From NCBI GenBank assembly GCA_052426225.1, contig JBNJNM010000014.1, forward strand, positions 124,001 to 188,000: a stretch of DNA of 64,000 nucleotides. Reading direction: 5' to 3'. Shown one piece after another: positions 1 through 10,590 of the stretch (positions are counted from its first letter, which is position 1; every line of letters begins with the position of its first letter). The translations under genes were made by a program, and so were the position numbers. This DNA is from Zancudomyces culisetae HAW-14-8 (taxonomy: Eukaryota; Fungi; Kickxellomycota). The notes under the pieces are model-generated. The model was not told the origin of the DNA, ran no database searches, and saw nothing but the letters and a program-made list of their open reading frames with translations.

Positions 1-1808
1 TGTTATGTATCATAAACCTGGATTTTATTTCCTAATTACTATTTAATTAACTTTTTGTTCTTTTCTTGTTAAAACTATTAAAAGAGCTAAGGAATCTTCA
101 TTGAGTCTTCATTTGTTTATACATAACTATTTCAATAAAACTAATAATAGCTATATTTAATTGACCTATGTTCCATTCTTGTTTTACTGTGTTCTTGCCT
201 GTGGTTTTGTTTTTACATCCTTATTTTTATTTCTTATTGTTTTATGTTCAAAGACTGATTTACTTGAAAATAATCTTTTTTAATAGTATTTTATTCTATG
301 ATTTTTCTGTTATTAAAGTAATTTCTGGATTGACTTTGTTATATTTTTAGTAGATTTTTTATGTAGTAAATAATATATTTATTTATAATTGTTGAATCCC
401 GATCTACAATGGGATACACACGACACTAGACTTGAAATGCTTTAAATGGTTTTTTCTGTATTTGATCCAAGTAAAAGCAGCTTTAAGTTATAGATTATTA
501 TATTCTGGATACAACATGAAAAGAATATTAAGTACTTTGAACAGTTGCGTAATTTTCATTTGTGCCTATAATTTTAATTGCACTAATTCGGCTAACATGA
601 TTTACGTACATGAACTATTTCCAAAATAGCAAAATTTCAAAAAATACTGACATAAAAATATACTAGTAGCGGTATGCTGGCTGAATCAAAAAACAAATTG
701 CCGATTATTTTGTGCAAAAACAAAGAATTGTACTATCAAAAGTACAATATACTAAACCAGTGTAGATGTGTCGATTATTTTAATTTTTTGACACATAGAA
801 TGATAGTCAAAACTCCGATATTGCTGTTCTCCAAATATCAACCGCAATTGAGATGAAATAGTAAGATAAGATCTAGTTCAACAATCTAAAATTGTACCAT
901 GTTTGTAGCTTGGTATAGTAAATGCTGTTTAGGGCATTTAAAATGATAGAACTTGGGCCGAATATGAATTATTTGGTTTTTCTAAATTTCCATGTTATGA
1001 TCTAAAATCTCACTCTGTGCTAGCTACTTTAATTCAGTAGTTTTTTACTCCTTTAATCATCTTGTTTGTATTCTAAAAAATTTGGATTAGTGCACATATT
1101 ACTAAATCCGTACATTATATCCGCTGTTTAGTAAAAGTAGGTTTGTACAACTCACTTCACTCAGATTTCATCTGCATTAGAGCTAACTTTGAATATTACC
1201 CTTAGATATTTATAATTACAAGGTACAAATATATCCTAAAATCAAATAAATGGTGTTCAAATCAACGATATTATGCAATGAAAACCGGCTCTGTCACAAA
1301 CTTTTCTACTATAGAACTTATTGAATCAATCAAACATTACTTAGGTACCATTTAAATGAGACTAAAATAAGTTGACATTTGCAAACAAAGTGGATGTTTT
1401 TTCACATTAGATACAATAAAATCTGAGCTAATATTTTTTAAATTAGTCTTATACTGAATAACACCAATGTATATAAAAATGCATACAAAGGTGCTAAGTA
1501 TAAAGTTACTCGATGTACTATTGCAGACTATTATTTATAAAAATCGTTGCAAGCTCATATTTACACGTTTTTATAATTTATATTATTTATTTTCTCGTTT
1601 GAAAACTCTAACAATAAAATAAATTGAATCTTAATCCAACAACAATATCACTAGCTAATATAAATATTTGAAAACGTTAGCAACAAAATATCAAATATCC
1701 ATATAAAACCGTTTATAGATCCGATGTTGTGTAAAAATCATCAAAACTAGCGGTTTGGGACAAGTGAGTATCAAACCGATTATCTTAAGAAAACGTGATA
1801 TTTTCTCA

Positions 1809-2264
1809 CTACAAAGACCAGTATACTGAGTTTGCCCGACCTCCAAGGTCATACTGCATATTTCCAGGGTATAACCAGTTTTGTCTTGAACTGCTTACAC
1901 AATTCCCCCCGCAGTTATTTCCAGTGCAAAATGTGATTACACCAGCACCTTGACTGCCGCCATCAAGAACGCTTGAATCAATATTTGGCAAATTGTAACA
2001 ACAATTTGGTTTTATTACTATTGAGTTTATTTGATCTCTATAGTAGCTCGTCATGTACATTTGAATATTCATGGTGGGTCCACCCCCACCTCTACCCCCG
2101 CTCCCACCTCTACCTCCTCCCCAGCCTCCACCGTGCCGTTTATAGAGGTTGGCTTGATTTTCAGTAGATCCATTGGTGTTGGATACCTGGATGCTTGGAA
2201 TGGTTGCACCAGCTGCAAGTCCCGAGGCTAGTAAGAATGCACTTATTACCAAAAGATTGACCAT
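1809..2264 (-). CDS. Small secreted protein (151 aa): signal peptide, Kex2-type KR site, Gly-rich linker, Cys-containing C-terminal domain (possible beta/gamma-crystallin-like fold)
   Basis: First ATG of the ORF is at 2264 (MVNLLVISAFLLASGLAAG, hydrophobic signal). Then LYKR|HGGGWGGG and a domain with 5 Cys. TATA-like TATATAAAA about 100 nt upstream. Confidence 0.8.
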   Translation of the reverse strand: MVNLLVISAFLLASGLAAGATIPSIQVSNTNGSTENQANLYKRHGGGWGGGRGGSGGRGGGGPTMNIQMYMTSYYRDQINSIVIKPNCCYNLPNIDSSVLDGGSQGAGVITFCTGNNCGGNCVSSSRQNWLYPGNMQYDLGGRANSVYWSL

Positions 2265-4086
2265 GTTGATATGCAAATTATTTTTAAATGTGTTTAAAGT
2301 GTATTTTAATGAACGAAACACTAAATGATATTAGAATAATGAAACTAAATATCCAAGGAAACCCTTTCTTTTTATATATTTTGGTGTAAAGTATAATCCA
2401 GAAACTGCAAGATGGTTTAATATACTAATACTAAAAATAGCTGCACAATGAGACAACAACTAAAATTAGACATCACATAGCTACTATCTTTTCGGAAGAC
2501 ACTATCTAATTAAAGAAAAGTTTATTTTTATTTTCTATAGCTATGATTAACAAAGTGGTCTATTTAGTATCCCTCAAGTTGGTTGAATTTACGAATACAA
2601 GCTATTACACGCTGGAATAATGGTCTGATATATATACTATCAGTATTTTTTAATTAATTAATCCGGATAACGTAAGATACCATTTGGATAAATAAACTGA
2701 CTAGATCACCCGGGTTATTATTAAAAAGTGTATTATACTTAAGCTTACCATTTTATTGGACAAAGAGAATTTTGCTAGGCGAAAACCCCTCAAATATTTT
2801 TATTTCGGAGTATTTTACCAGTTGCTTGATGCTTTTCCGATTACATAATTAGCATAATTATTTTATTAATATAATAAAGTGTTTTTGTAATAAAAATATA
2901 ATTAATTGATATAGCAATATTAGCAAACCTCCAAGGAAAAACAAACAGATTAAGCGGATATTTTCCAATTGTATTTTTGTCAATTAGGAAGTCAAAGACA
3001 GAAAAATTCAAGTTTTCAAGTTTTGAACGCAGAACCATAGAAAAGAACTTCAAAGGTCAAACAGTTTGAAAGTTACATTAAACACTATTTGTACAAAGAA
3101 CGGAACTTACTACTACATATGACAAATACGAATGTGTGAGTTAAAATCTATTGAACAAGGGTATTCTGATATTTTCATTGGATCTGGGTAAAAAATCCAG
3201 AAACCCAATAATCTTTAAATATATACTATATATAAAACTCAAACTATTCATTATTGAGCAAACATAAACGGATAATTATCATTAGTTACCGCATATTTAC
3301 TAATTATTCAAGTGTTGGATAAATGTTACGATATTCTACTATCACAGACACACAAGAAAATAAAAAAAGTGAATTATTAAATTTAGAGCTAAAGTGAATA
3401 CACACTACAGAAAACTCAATTTGTAAGATCACTGCATACAACTAAATCTCTCCAATCTTAACAACCTTTTTCAATATAATAAAAATATGAGCAAGTAGAC
3501 TCACTGGAATAAAATAACTGAACCCAATACCATCTAGAACGACAAAAGCCGTATAAAAATGTCATTTACTCGCAGAATATGTCCACAAAAAGATGTACTA
3601 CTTGATTCTTGAACTCGTTATATTAAAATGTTTAAAGTAAAAAAGAACAATAATTATAGAAATGTTCAACTTGTGTTTTTGATTTTGTTGTTGCAGGACA
3701 GGGTTAGTTTAAATTTACCCTTAATATTTTGGTTATATCTCAAATTTATACTATGAAATAATCAGACTGTTATACTTTACTTTTAATTAAAAGCGTTCAT
3801 ATAAACTCATTTTTACCGACTAGTACAACTCAATGAAGGTTGGCGGTTAAACTGAAAATGAGTTTAAACCAAGCATAACTAATGTTCTTTAAATTCTTTT
3901 GATTTTTCATCATCTTTTGGTCTTGGTATTAGCAGGAACTGAACGGGGTATCATTTTATTCAGCTAAACATATTATCGGTGAGTTAAGCCATACTCTCCT
4001 TCGGATTCATATTCTTTGTTACACTCGATCCAAATAAAATTGTATTATAAACTCAATTTTTAATAGAAGCTCGGCATTCTACACAA

Positions 4087-5553
4087 CTATGACCTCTTTG
4101 TTTTTTTAAACTTCCTCGCATTATATTCACAAAGCTCACTCAAATCGGTATAACCTAGTTTATTAGCAATATTCATGATCGACACAATGTGCGAACTTGC
4201 ATCACTACCATGATTAATCAGCAGCTTGATCATTTCTATGTTTTTATGATTGCATGCTTCTTTTAGCCCGTAATCTCTTTTTAGTAGCAAATTTGGATTC
4301 TTTTCAAGTAGAAGCTTTAACATTTCCAAATTATTGTTTCTACAAGCCTGAATCGCCCCACTCTTTCGTCCTTTTTTTACCTCTGCTCCCTTTTCAAACA
4401 ACAGTTTTAGAATATCCACATTGTTTTTTCTACAGGCGAGGTAGACTAAATCAAATCTGTTACCTTTAAGAGTATGAATATCTTTCAGAATCACCCTAGT
4501 CGCTTCGGTCTTATTTTTCATTAAAGCGGTTTGGATTAACAACGAAGTGTCGTAAAGCGCAGAGCAGTTTAACAATAGCTGTAGTGCTTCAATATCGTCT
4601 AAATTAAAACAATCTAATAAAAGTTGTGAATATCCCTGTATTTTTGCACCATGTTGCAATAGTAATCTGACAACATTATCATTCTTTGTTTGAAGTGCTA
4701 TTTCTATGATATTAAGGTTGTCTTTGACACTGAATCCGTGCTCTAAAAGCAGGCTTACCACCTCAGTATTTCCCAATTGGACAGCAAATTCTATTATTTC
4801 TGAATCACCACTGCTATCGATCTTGTAGGCTAGCAATACTTTCAGTATTTCAATATTGGCTGTTGCAACTGCCGCCTTTATCCCATAATACAAATCGCTG
4901 TTCAAAATAGGCTCACCCCTTTCAAGCAAGGTTTTTGTAACCTCGTATTCTTCGATATACACAGTGTTTTCATTACTCACAAACAAATCGGATTGTAGCT
5001 CTCCTCCACCCTTCGTATTTATGTTTTCCCTTTTTTCCAATACTCCCAAACCATCATAATACTCTAGAATCATCTTTACTAGTCGAACATTTCTACTAAT
5101 ACACGCATATTCTAATTGATACCTACAAATATCACCCACTACAGCGATATTATCCAAGAGATATTCAAGTGTCGTTTTGAGACCCAGTCTACATGCAATC
5201 CTGGTTCCATTCCGTTCTGGGTTACTCAAATCAACTCCACCCTCTATCAATAATTTAAACATATTAAAGTCACCCAGTAAACATGCCATGTTAATACAAG
5301 GATAACCTGGATTCTTGGGTATCACGCCACCATTCCTTATCCAATGCTTTAATACTTCAGTTGTATATGATTTGCATGCTTCTTCAAACCCATCCGACCC
5401 ACCATTAAGCCTTGCACCTTTACTGATAAAGTAATCTATCCAACTAATATCACCCGCCTTGTATGCTGTTTTCAAGATCAAATTATTGTGCGAATTGATA
5501 TCCAGTCCATATTCTATCAATAGTTTCAGTATTTCAAAATTTCGGTTTACCAA
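4087..5553 (-). CDS. Ankyrin-repeat protein, C-terminal part (probably one gene with 5547-7604)
   Basis: Many ankyrin-like units (ACxxNNxEMLKLLLExG; AVQLGNTEVVSLLLEHG). No ATG at its start; overlaps the stop of the upstream ORF. Confidence 0.8.
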   Translation of the reverse strand: MVNRNFEILKLLIEYGLDINSHNNLILKTAYKAGDISWIDYFISKGARLNGGSDGFEEACKSYTTEVLKHWIRNGGVIPKNPGYPCINMACLLGDFNMFKLLIEGGVDLSNPERNGTRIACRLGLKTTLEYLLDNIAVVGDICRYQLEYACISRNVRLVKMILEYYDGLGVLEKRENINTKGGGELQSDLFVSNENTVYIEEYEVTKTLLERGEPILNSDLYYGIKAAVATANIEILKVLLAYKIDSSGDSEIIEFAVQLGNTEVVSLLLEHGFSVKDNLNIIEIALQTKNDNVVRLLLQHGAKIQGYSQLLLDCFNLDDIEALQLLLNCSALYDTSLLIQTALMKNKTEATRVILKDIHTLKGNRFDLVYLACRKNNVDILKLLFEKGAEVKKGRKSGAIQACRNNNLEMLKLLLEKNPNLLLKRDYGLKEACNHKNIEMIKLLINHGSDASSHIVSIMNIANKLGYTDLSELCEYNARKFKKTKRS

Positions 5554-7604
5554 CTCTGTTTTACTAGCTCATAATGTCTATCATTCAACAGCTCAATATC
5601 GTTCTCATATCCGTACCCGTCGGCTTGATCATATTGAATATTTTCGAATGTACTATGAAGGTCATTTTCAACAATATAGCGAGCAATATCAAGCAATTTA
5701 TCATAACAAGCTCTCTCGGCGTAGTTCATACGACTATAAGCAAAAAAAACTTTGCAATACGAATAAAAATAGTCGGTCGTATTTTTCCTCATTGAATTGA
5801 AAATCACCATTATTTCTTCGTATCGATCCAATTGTTGGAGTACACTCGTAAAATTGTCATTACGGTAGGTAGAAAGTCGCACATAAGGTTGACAAACTTC
5901 AGTGAGACATAGCATTGTTTTACTAAACCTCAGCCTCTTTCTAACCTTGACAATGCTTTCTGAAGTTTTGGATTTAACCCCACCTTTACCTTTACCTTTA
6001 CCTTTACCTTTGCCTTTGCCTTTGCCTTTGCCTTTGCCTTTGCCTTTGCCTTTGCCTTTGCCTTTACCTTTACCTTTACTTTCACCTGTACCTTTATCAA
6101 AGAGCTCTAATAGTCGTTCTGCTATTTCATAATTTTTGATACTACACAGCCTTTCAATACTACTTTGAGCCGTTGGTCCTAAGGAAGCACCACTTTCCAA
6201 TAATAGTCGCAGCATATCTATATTTTTTCTTTCTATAGACATGCTGATTCCCCTGAATTCTGGCGAGAATAGATCCACCCCAGATGCGAAAAGCATTTTA
6301 GCAACTCTGACATCTCCACTTCCCACTGCATTCTCTAAACAGGAAACACTCATGGCATTTGGGTACTTACTGCAAAGTTCTTGCACCAATTCGTAGTTGT
6401 AATATTTTATAGCCATCAGCAATGCATTTTCATCCAAATCATTCTTCAATTTATCACTGTTGCTTAAAAGAAATTTTAAAAGATCGAGACTATCACTTCT
6501 GTACATCATTTCTGTTATTTTTCTGATATCTCCTGAGTTTGGTTCTACTTTACAGAAATACTTCTTTACCAAACTCTCACTATTTTTAAGTATTGCTGCA
6601 TCAAGCAGGAGTTGTGTATATGTAATATCTGGGTAGTTATCCTCAAGGAATTTTATCAACTCTTTTTTATCCCGTTCAATTGAATAGCATGAACAAAGCA
6701 TATAGACCCACAATTCCATTTTGGACTTATATTCACCGTTCTTGATAAAACTAAACAAGGTTTTATCAATTGAAAATAATTTTGTATATCTAAGCAATTC
6801 CATCTTCTCAATAGAAAGAGTTGTGTTTATTTTTAAATCTAAAATCCGCTTTAGTTGTTTAAAATTGTTCAATTCGCAGCATTTATATGCACATATCAAC
6901 AGATAATATATCATATGTTTGCTATCAACAAACCTAATTTCTCTGTCAAAAGCGGCACATATTTCAGGAGGAATCTCAATCCTTGCGTTACAGGCATCAA
7001 TCAATGCCTCGATAGCCATATTTGCTCTGGTATCGTGGAATAATTTTGATATAATTAATAATGATCTTCTTACTGTGGCTAATGATGGCCTGATATAAAG
7101 GGAGTCAGAAATTTTGATATCAGTAAGATCTATTAGACGTCTGTCTAAATCTGAAAACAGATCATCTGTATCAATATCCAAACATTCTTTATTGTTTATA
7201 GATAAAGTGTTCATGTATGCAACCGTTGAAGTCTTCCGATCAATGACCATGTACATTTTTAGCGATTCATTTAGTATGTTCTTCCACTTATGTTTTAGAG
7301 CCAGCTCTAGAATCGTTTTGTAGTTCAGTTTTTTCATTTTTCTCAAAATCAGCATTCCAACGGTCTCATTCATACCTATTCTAGCGTATTTCTTGAGAAT
7401 AATTTCCAACGCCCATTGGTGGCCATATTCTGTGTCTAGTAAAACGTATTCAATAATGTACTTGCTAATAGTGTCCACTTGTTGCGAGGCGTAGTACATA
7501 TTTTTGTTTAGTAGTGATAGCTGGGGGTTTAGTGCGAGTGTGAATATAGTTGACAGGATATGTGCCGGAAGTTTGTTGAAAATGTCGCTATCATTGTTAT
7601 TCAT
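5547..7604 (-). CDS. F-box-like N-terminus plus ankyrin-repeat protein, N-terminal part, with a (GK)16 tract
   Basis: N-terminal FNKLPAHILSTIF resembles the F-box LPxEIlxxIF motif. Ankyrin-like units include AVGSGDVRVAKMLFASG and SIERKNIDMLRLLLESGA. Confidence 0.75.
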   Translation of the reverse strand: MNNNDSDIFNKLPAHILSTIFTLALNPQLSLLNKNMYYASQQVDTISKYIIEYVLLDTEYGHQWALEIILKKYARIGMNETVGMLILRKMKKLNYKTILELALKHKWKNILNESLKMYMVIDRKTSTVAYMNTLSINNKECLDIDTDDLFSDLDRRLIDLTDIKISDSLYIRPSLATVRRSLLIISKLFHDTRANMAIEALIDACNARIEIPPEICAAFDREIRFVDSKHMIYYLLICAYKCCELNNFKQLKRILDLKINTTLSIEKMELLRYTKLFSIDKTLFSFIKNGEYKSKMELWVYMLCSCYSIERDKKELIKFLEDNYPDITYTQLLLDAAILKNSESLVKKYFCKVEPNSGDIRKITEMMYRSDSLDLLKFLLSNSDKLKNDLDENALLMAIKYYNYELVQELCSKYPNAMSVSCLENAVGSGDVRVAKMLFASGVDLFSPEFRGISMSIERKNIDMLRLLLESGASLGPTAQSSIERLCSIKNYEIAERLLELFDKGTGESKGKGKGKGKGKGKGKGKGKGKGKGKGKGKGKGGVKSKTSESIVKVRKRLRFSKTMLCLTEVCQPYVRLSTYRNDNFTSVLQQLDRYEEIMVIFNSMRKNTTDYFYSYCKVFFAYSRMNYAERACYDKLLDIARYIVENDLHSTFENIQYDQADGYGYENDIELLNDRHYELVKQSW
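5983..6078. repeat. Hexanucleotide microsatellite (CCTTTR)16 encoding poly-(Lys-Gly)
   Basis: 16 contiguous CCTTTA/CCTTTG units read directly. Confidence 0.95.
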
Positions 7605-8329
7605 TGTGCCGTAAGTTAGATGTTCTTATTGCTACCTTCTGGTCTGATGTATCCGTTAATGTATTAATGTAATGCGGCCAAATTGAAGAAGCTCCGAATA
7701 ACAGATCTTGTTGGTTTTATACTGTTTTTTTTCCTGGTTTTTGATCTTTTTATTCAATTCCTAAACTTGGGTTTAAGTGGCAATTTGCTGCGTAATTTGA
7801 AAAAATCAACAAAAAGTCTTGATATTATTGGATACTCATTGGAATTAAACATCGGACTAGAACAATTGGCTCAACTCCAGTCCAATGATCCATGCTTTTT
7901 TGTGAGTTTCTAGATGAATTTGCTAATGATTAAAAAAGTGATTATATTTAACATTTCTCTAACCAATTCCAATCCACCCTTCTAGGGATTCCAGATCCAC
8001 AAGGAAGCTGGATGAGATGCTTACTTCCGGATCAAATTCAAGTGTCATTACTATGGGTTCATTGCTGACGATTTCATCACTTACTTTATGCCCCAATAAC
8101 ACATAACACAGATTCGTTTACAACTTGTAGAAATCAAAATCTAGTCTTGTCGTAGCCAAGTATATCTCTATCCGCTTGATACAATCCGTGCCGCTTTTTA
8201 CCATTTTATTCACCATATGTATTTGCTAATATGTTTATTGGGTATTATCTATAAATATAAACTAAACACTTTCCGATAAATCATAAACTATAAAACCTGT
8301 TCAACACACCTAGATACATCCACTCCTCA

Positions 8330-9450
8330 CAACTTAATACTTTTTCCTACACCCTTCTCTCGATTTTCTCCTACCACTGATACATGCTACCCTTTTTAAT
8401 GACAGAATCAAACCAAAGTAGCTGCCTAGCGCTCAAAAAATGGAATCATCTCTGTAACTTTGCTATTAAGCAACCACTTGTCATCCAAAAACTTGCTCAT
8501 ATAATTTTTTATTGAACCTGGCAGCATCACCACACATTTCTTACCGGCACTCAACCCCTTTGCTTTAATAGTTTTGACGGCTGCATGCATTGCTGCTCCT
8601 GATGAGCCACCACACAGAACTTCCTCCTCGCGTATCAATTTGCTCACCGTAGGGAATTTATCTTTATTACTATATTTTACCCACGTATCAACAATGTTGT
8701 GATCCATTGTTCTGGTAATGGAATTTTTTCTAATTCCTTTAACCAAAAATAGTTTGAGTATTGTCGAATCAGTATTATCTGGAGTTGCTATAAAAGACCT
8801 CTTCTGCGCCAGCACCAATCATAAAACAACCTGGACACTGCTCCTTGACTCTACAACCAGCGCCTAAAACTGTTCTACGCGCATCTGTACCTGTACCCGC
8901 AACAAACATGTGTATCTTGTTGCTGCCACCATCCTTTCCAACATCCAAGGCATCTAGAATTTCTACGGCTGTGGTTTCGTAGTGCGTCAGTGGGTTTTTT
9001 GGAGCTATCTTATTGGCTAAGGATTACCGAGTCTTTGATTTTTTTACTTAGTCGATTTGCAACACTCATATGCGACTCTGGTGCATCATTTGGTGTTGTA
9101 ATTATTTTGGCACCCAATGCCTTCAGTGTGCTGGCTTTTTCAAGTTTCATCCTTTTGGATAATGTGTTTATCCATCGATATACCCTAGAACTTAAATTAG
9201 TGCTAGTCCTACCTCAGTATTTCACGAGGCTGGTTCTATTAGGGTGCTGATTCCTGACCAGAATTACTTTTCTTTTGACTTCGGTTAATATGCGCAATGC
9301 AACTCAATCCTTGATTGATCCATCTGGGTTAAAATACTCACAGCTGACATAAAGGTCACATTCCAATCCTTCAGATTTTGCAAAGTGATCTAGCTTTACC
9401 AGTGGTGTCTATCCAATACATTCCAATATGTTGTTGTGTACTTGCGACCC
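8330..9450 (-). pseudogene. CBS: Cystathionine beta-synthase (PLP fold-type II) pseudogene
   Basis: The minus strand translates to ILECIG*TPLVKL...CEYFNPDGSIKD*VALR, then KALGAKII, HYETTA, GGSSGAAMHAA and LPGSIKNYMSKFLDDKWL. These are CBS/Cys4 motifs with in-frame stops and frameshifts. Confidence 0.85.
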
Positions 9451-10255
9451 CTTGTTTATTATAATGTATTTTATTTCCCTGATGATATTGTGTCTACTTT
9501 TGTTATTATTATATTGGTTATTTGTTAGTAGTTATTGTAGAGCTTCTATAATGATACGTTATCTTATTTTGATATCTATCTAGCATAATCATTAATATCG
9601 AGTTGTACAAGTATTCTTTAAGGAAAAGAATTTTCTGCCAGGTATTTATTCACTATTTCACTTTGTTGGAAACAAGTCCAACTTAGTAATGTGATTGTAT
9701 TAATAATATTTATTGTTCTTATGATACTCAAAAGTGTTGCTATTTTAAACCAGCAACGCTATGGGTGGATATGAGTGTTGTTTAGTATGATGTTACCATC
9801 GTGAATGAAAAGTTATTGGATAGGTTAAAATATCCCATGATATACTAACAATTTACGAGTAGGTAGATTTTTTTACGGTTTTACATGTTTGTTCGATCAT
9901 CCAAGTAATACATGGGTTTGCCTTCACAAACCCACATACATATTTATATTCGAAAAAATTATATATTCTGTCACTCTTTGTTAGTTGTCTAGTATTTCCT
10001 TATGTTGGATATTGCGCATGTCATCTAAAAGTTAATACCATTTATTCAATATCACTGGAGAGAAAAAAGAATACTTATTCGATACTTGGTAGTTGCGCTA
10101 AATATCTTGGATTGGGCAAAATAGAGTTTGAGATAATAATAATTAAAAAGTACATCATATTTTAACGTTTTTTGGGTCCATACCATAAATCAAATAGTAA
10201 AAGTAGAAACGGAGGAATAATAATATGCTATACAAATCCAAATCCAACTATGTGT

Positions 10256-10590
10256 GTACCAATCTATATATAAATCGAAAATTTTTTCCTAGTCAAAGAT
10301 TGTTATCGAACCTTTGGAATTAAATTTGGTAGTAGTTATATAAATATAAAGCGTTTAAATTCAGAAACTTTATACTGAATGTTGTATTTTATGACAGACA
10401 TTACAATATAATTCTTATAAATGAATTTAAACCGAATATAAATTGATGTTCCCTGCTTTCTGTTAAATCTTTACCACAGTTTGAGCTAGACATGGGTGGG
10501 AGTTGAGTGGGAATTGAGTGGAACATACTTGTCTCTGAATATTCGATAATAATAATAAGTTACATTCTATTCAACTAAACATATTTAAAA
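10256..10590 (-). mobile_element. Remnant of a DIRS 3' terminus (ITR, G-rich spacer, part of ICR) related to 18187-18540
   Basis: Collinear match by eye: ccaatctatat, tttaaatt(c/t)agaaactttata, atgacagacat, aatctttacca, tgagctag, atgggtggga, ataataataataagtt, attcaactaaacatatt. Confidence 0.75.

Noticed and set aside
168-856. Short ORFs at the window start
   Set aside because: About 60 aa, low complexity, no motifs
5902-6132. Poly-(LP) ORF
   Set aside because: Antisense shadow of the (GK)16 microsatellite
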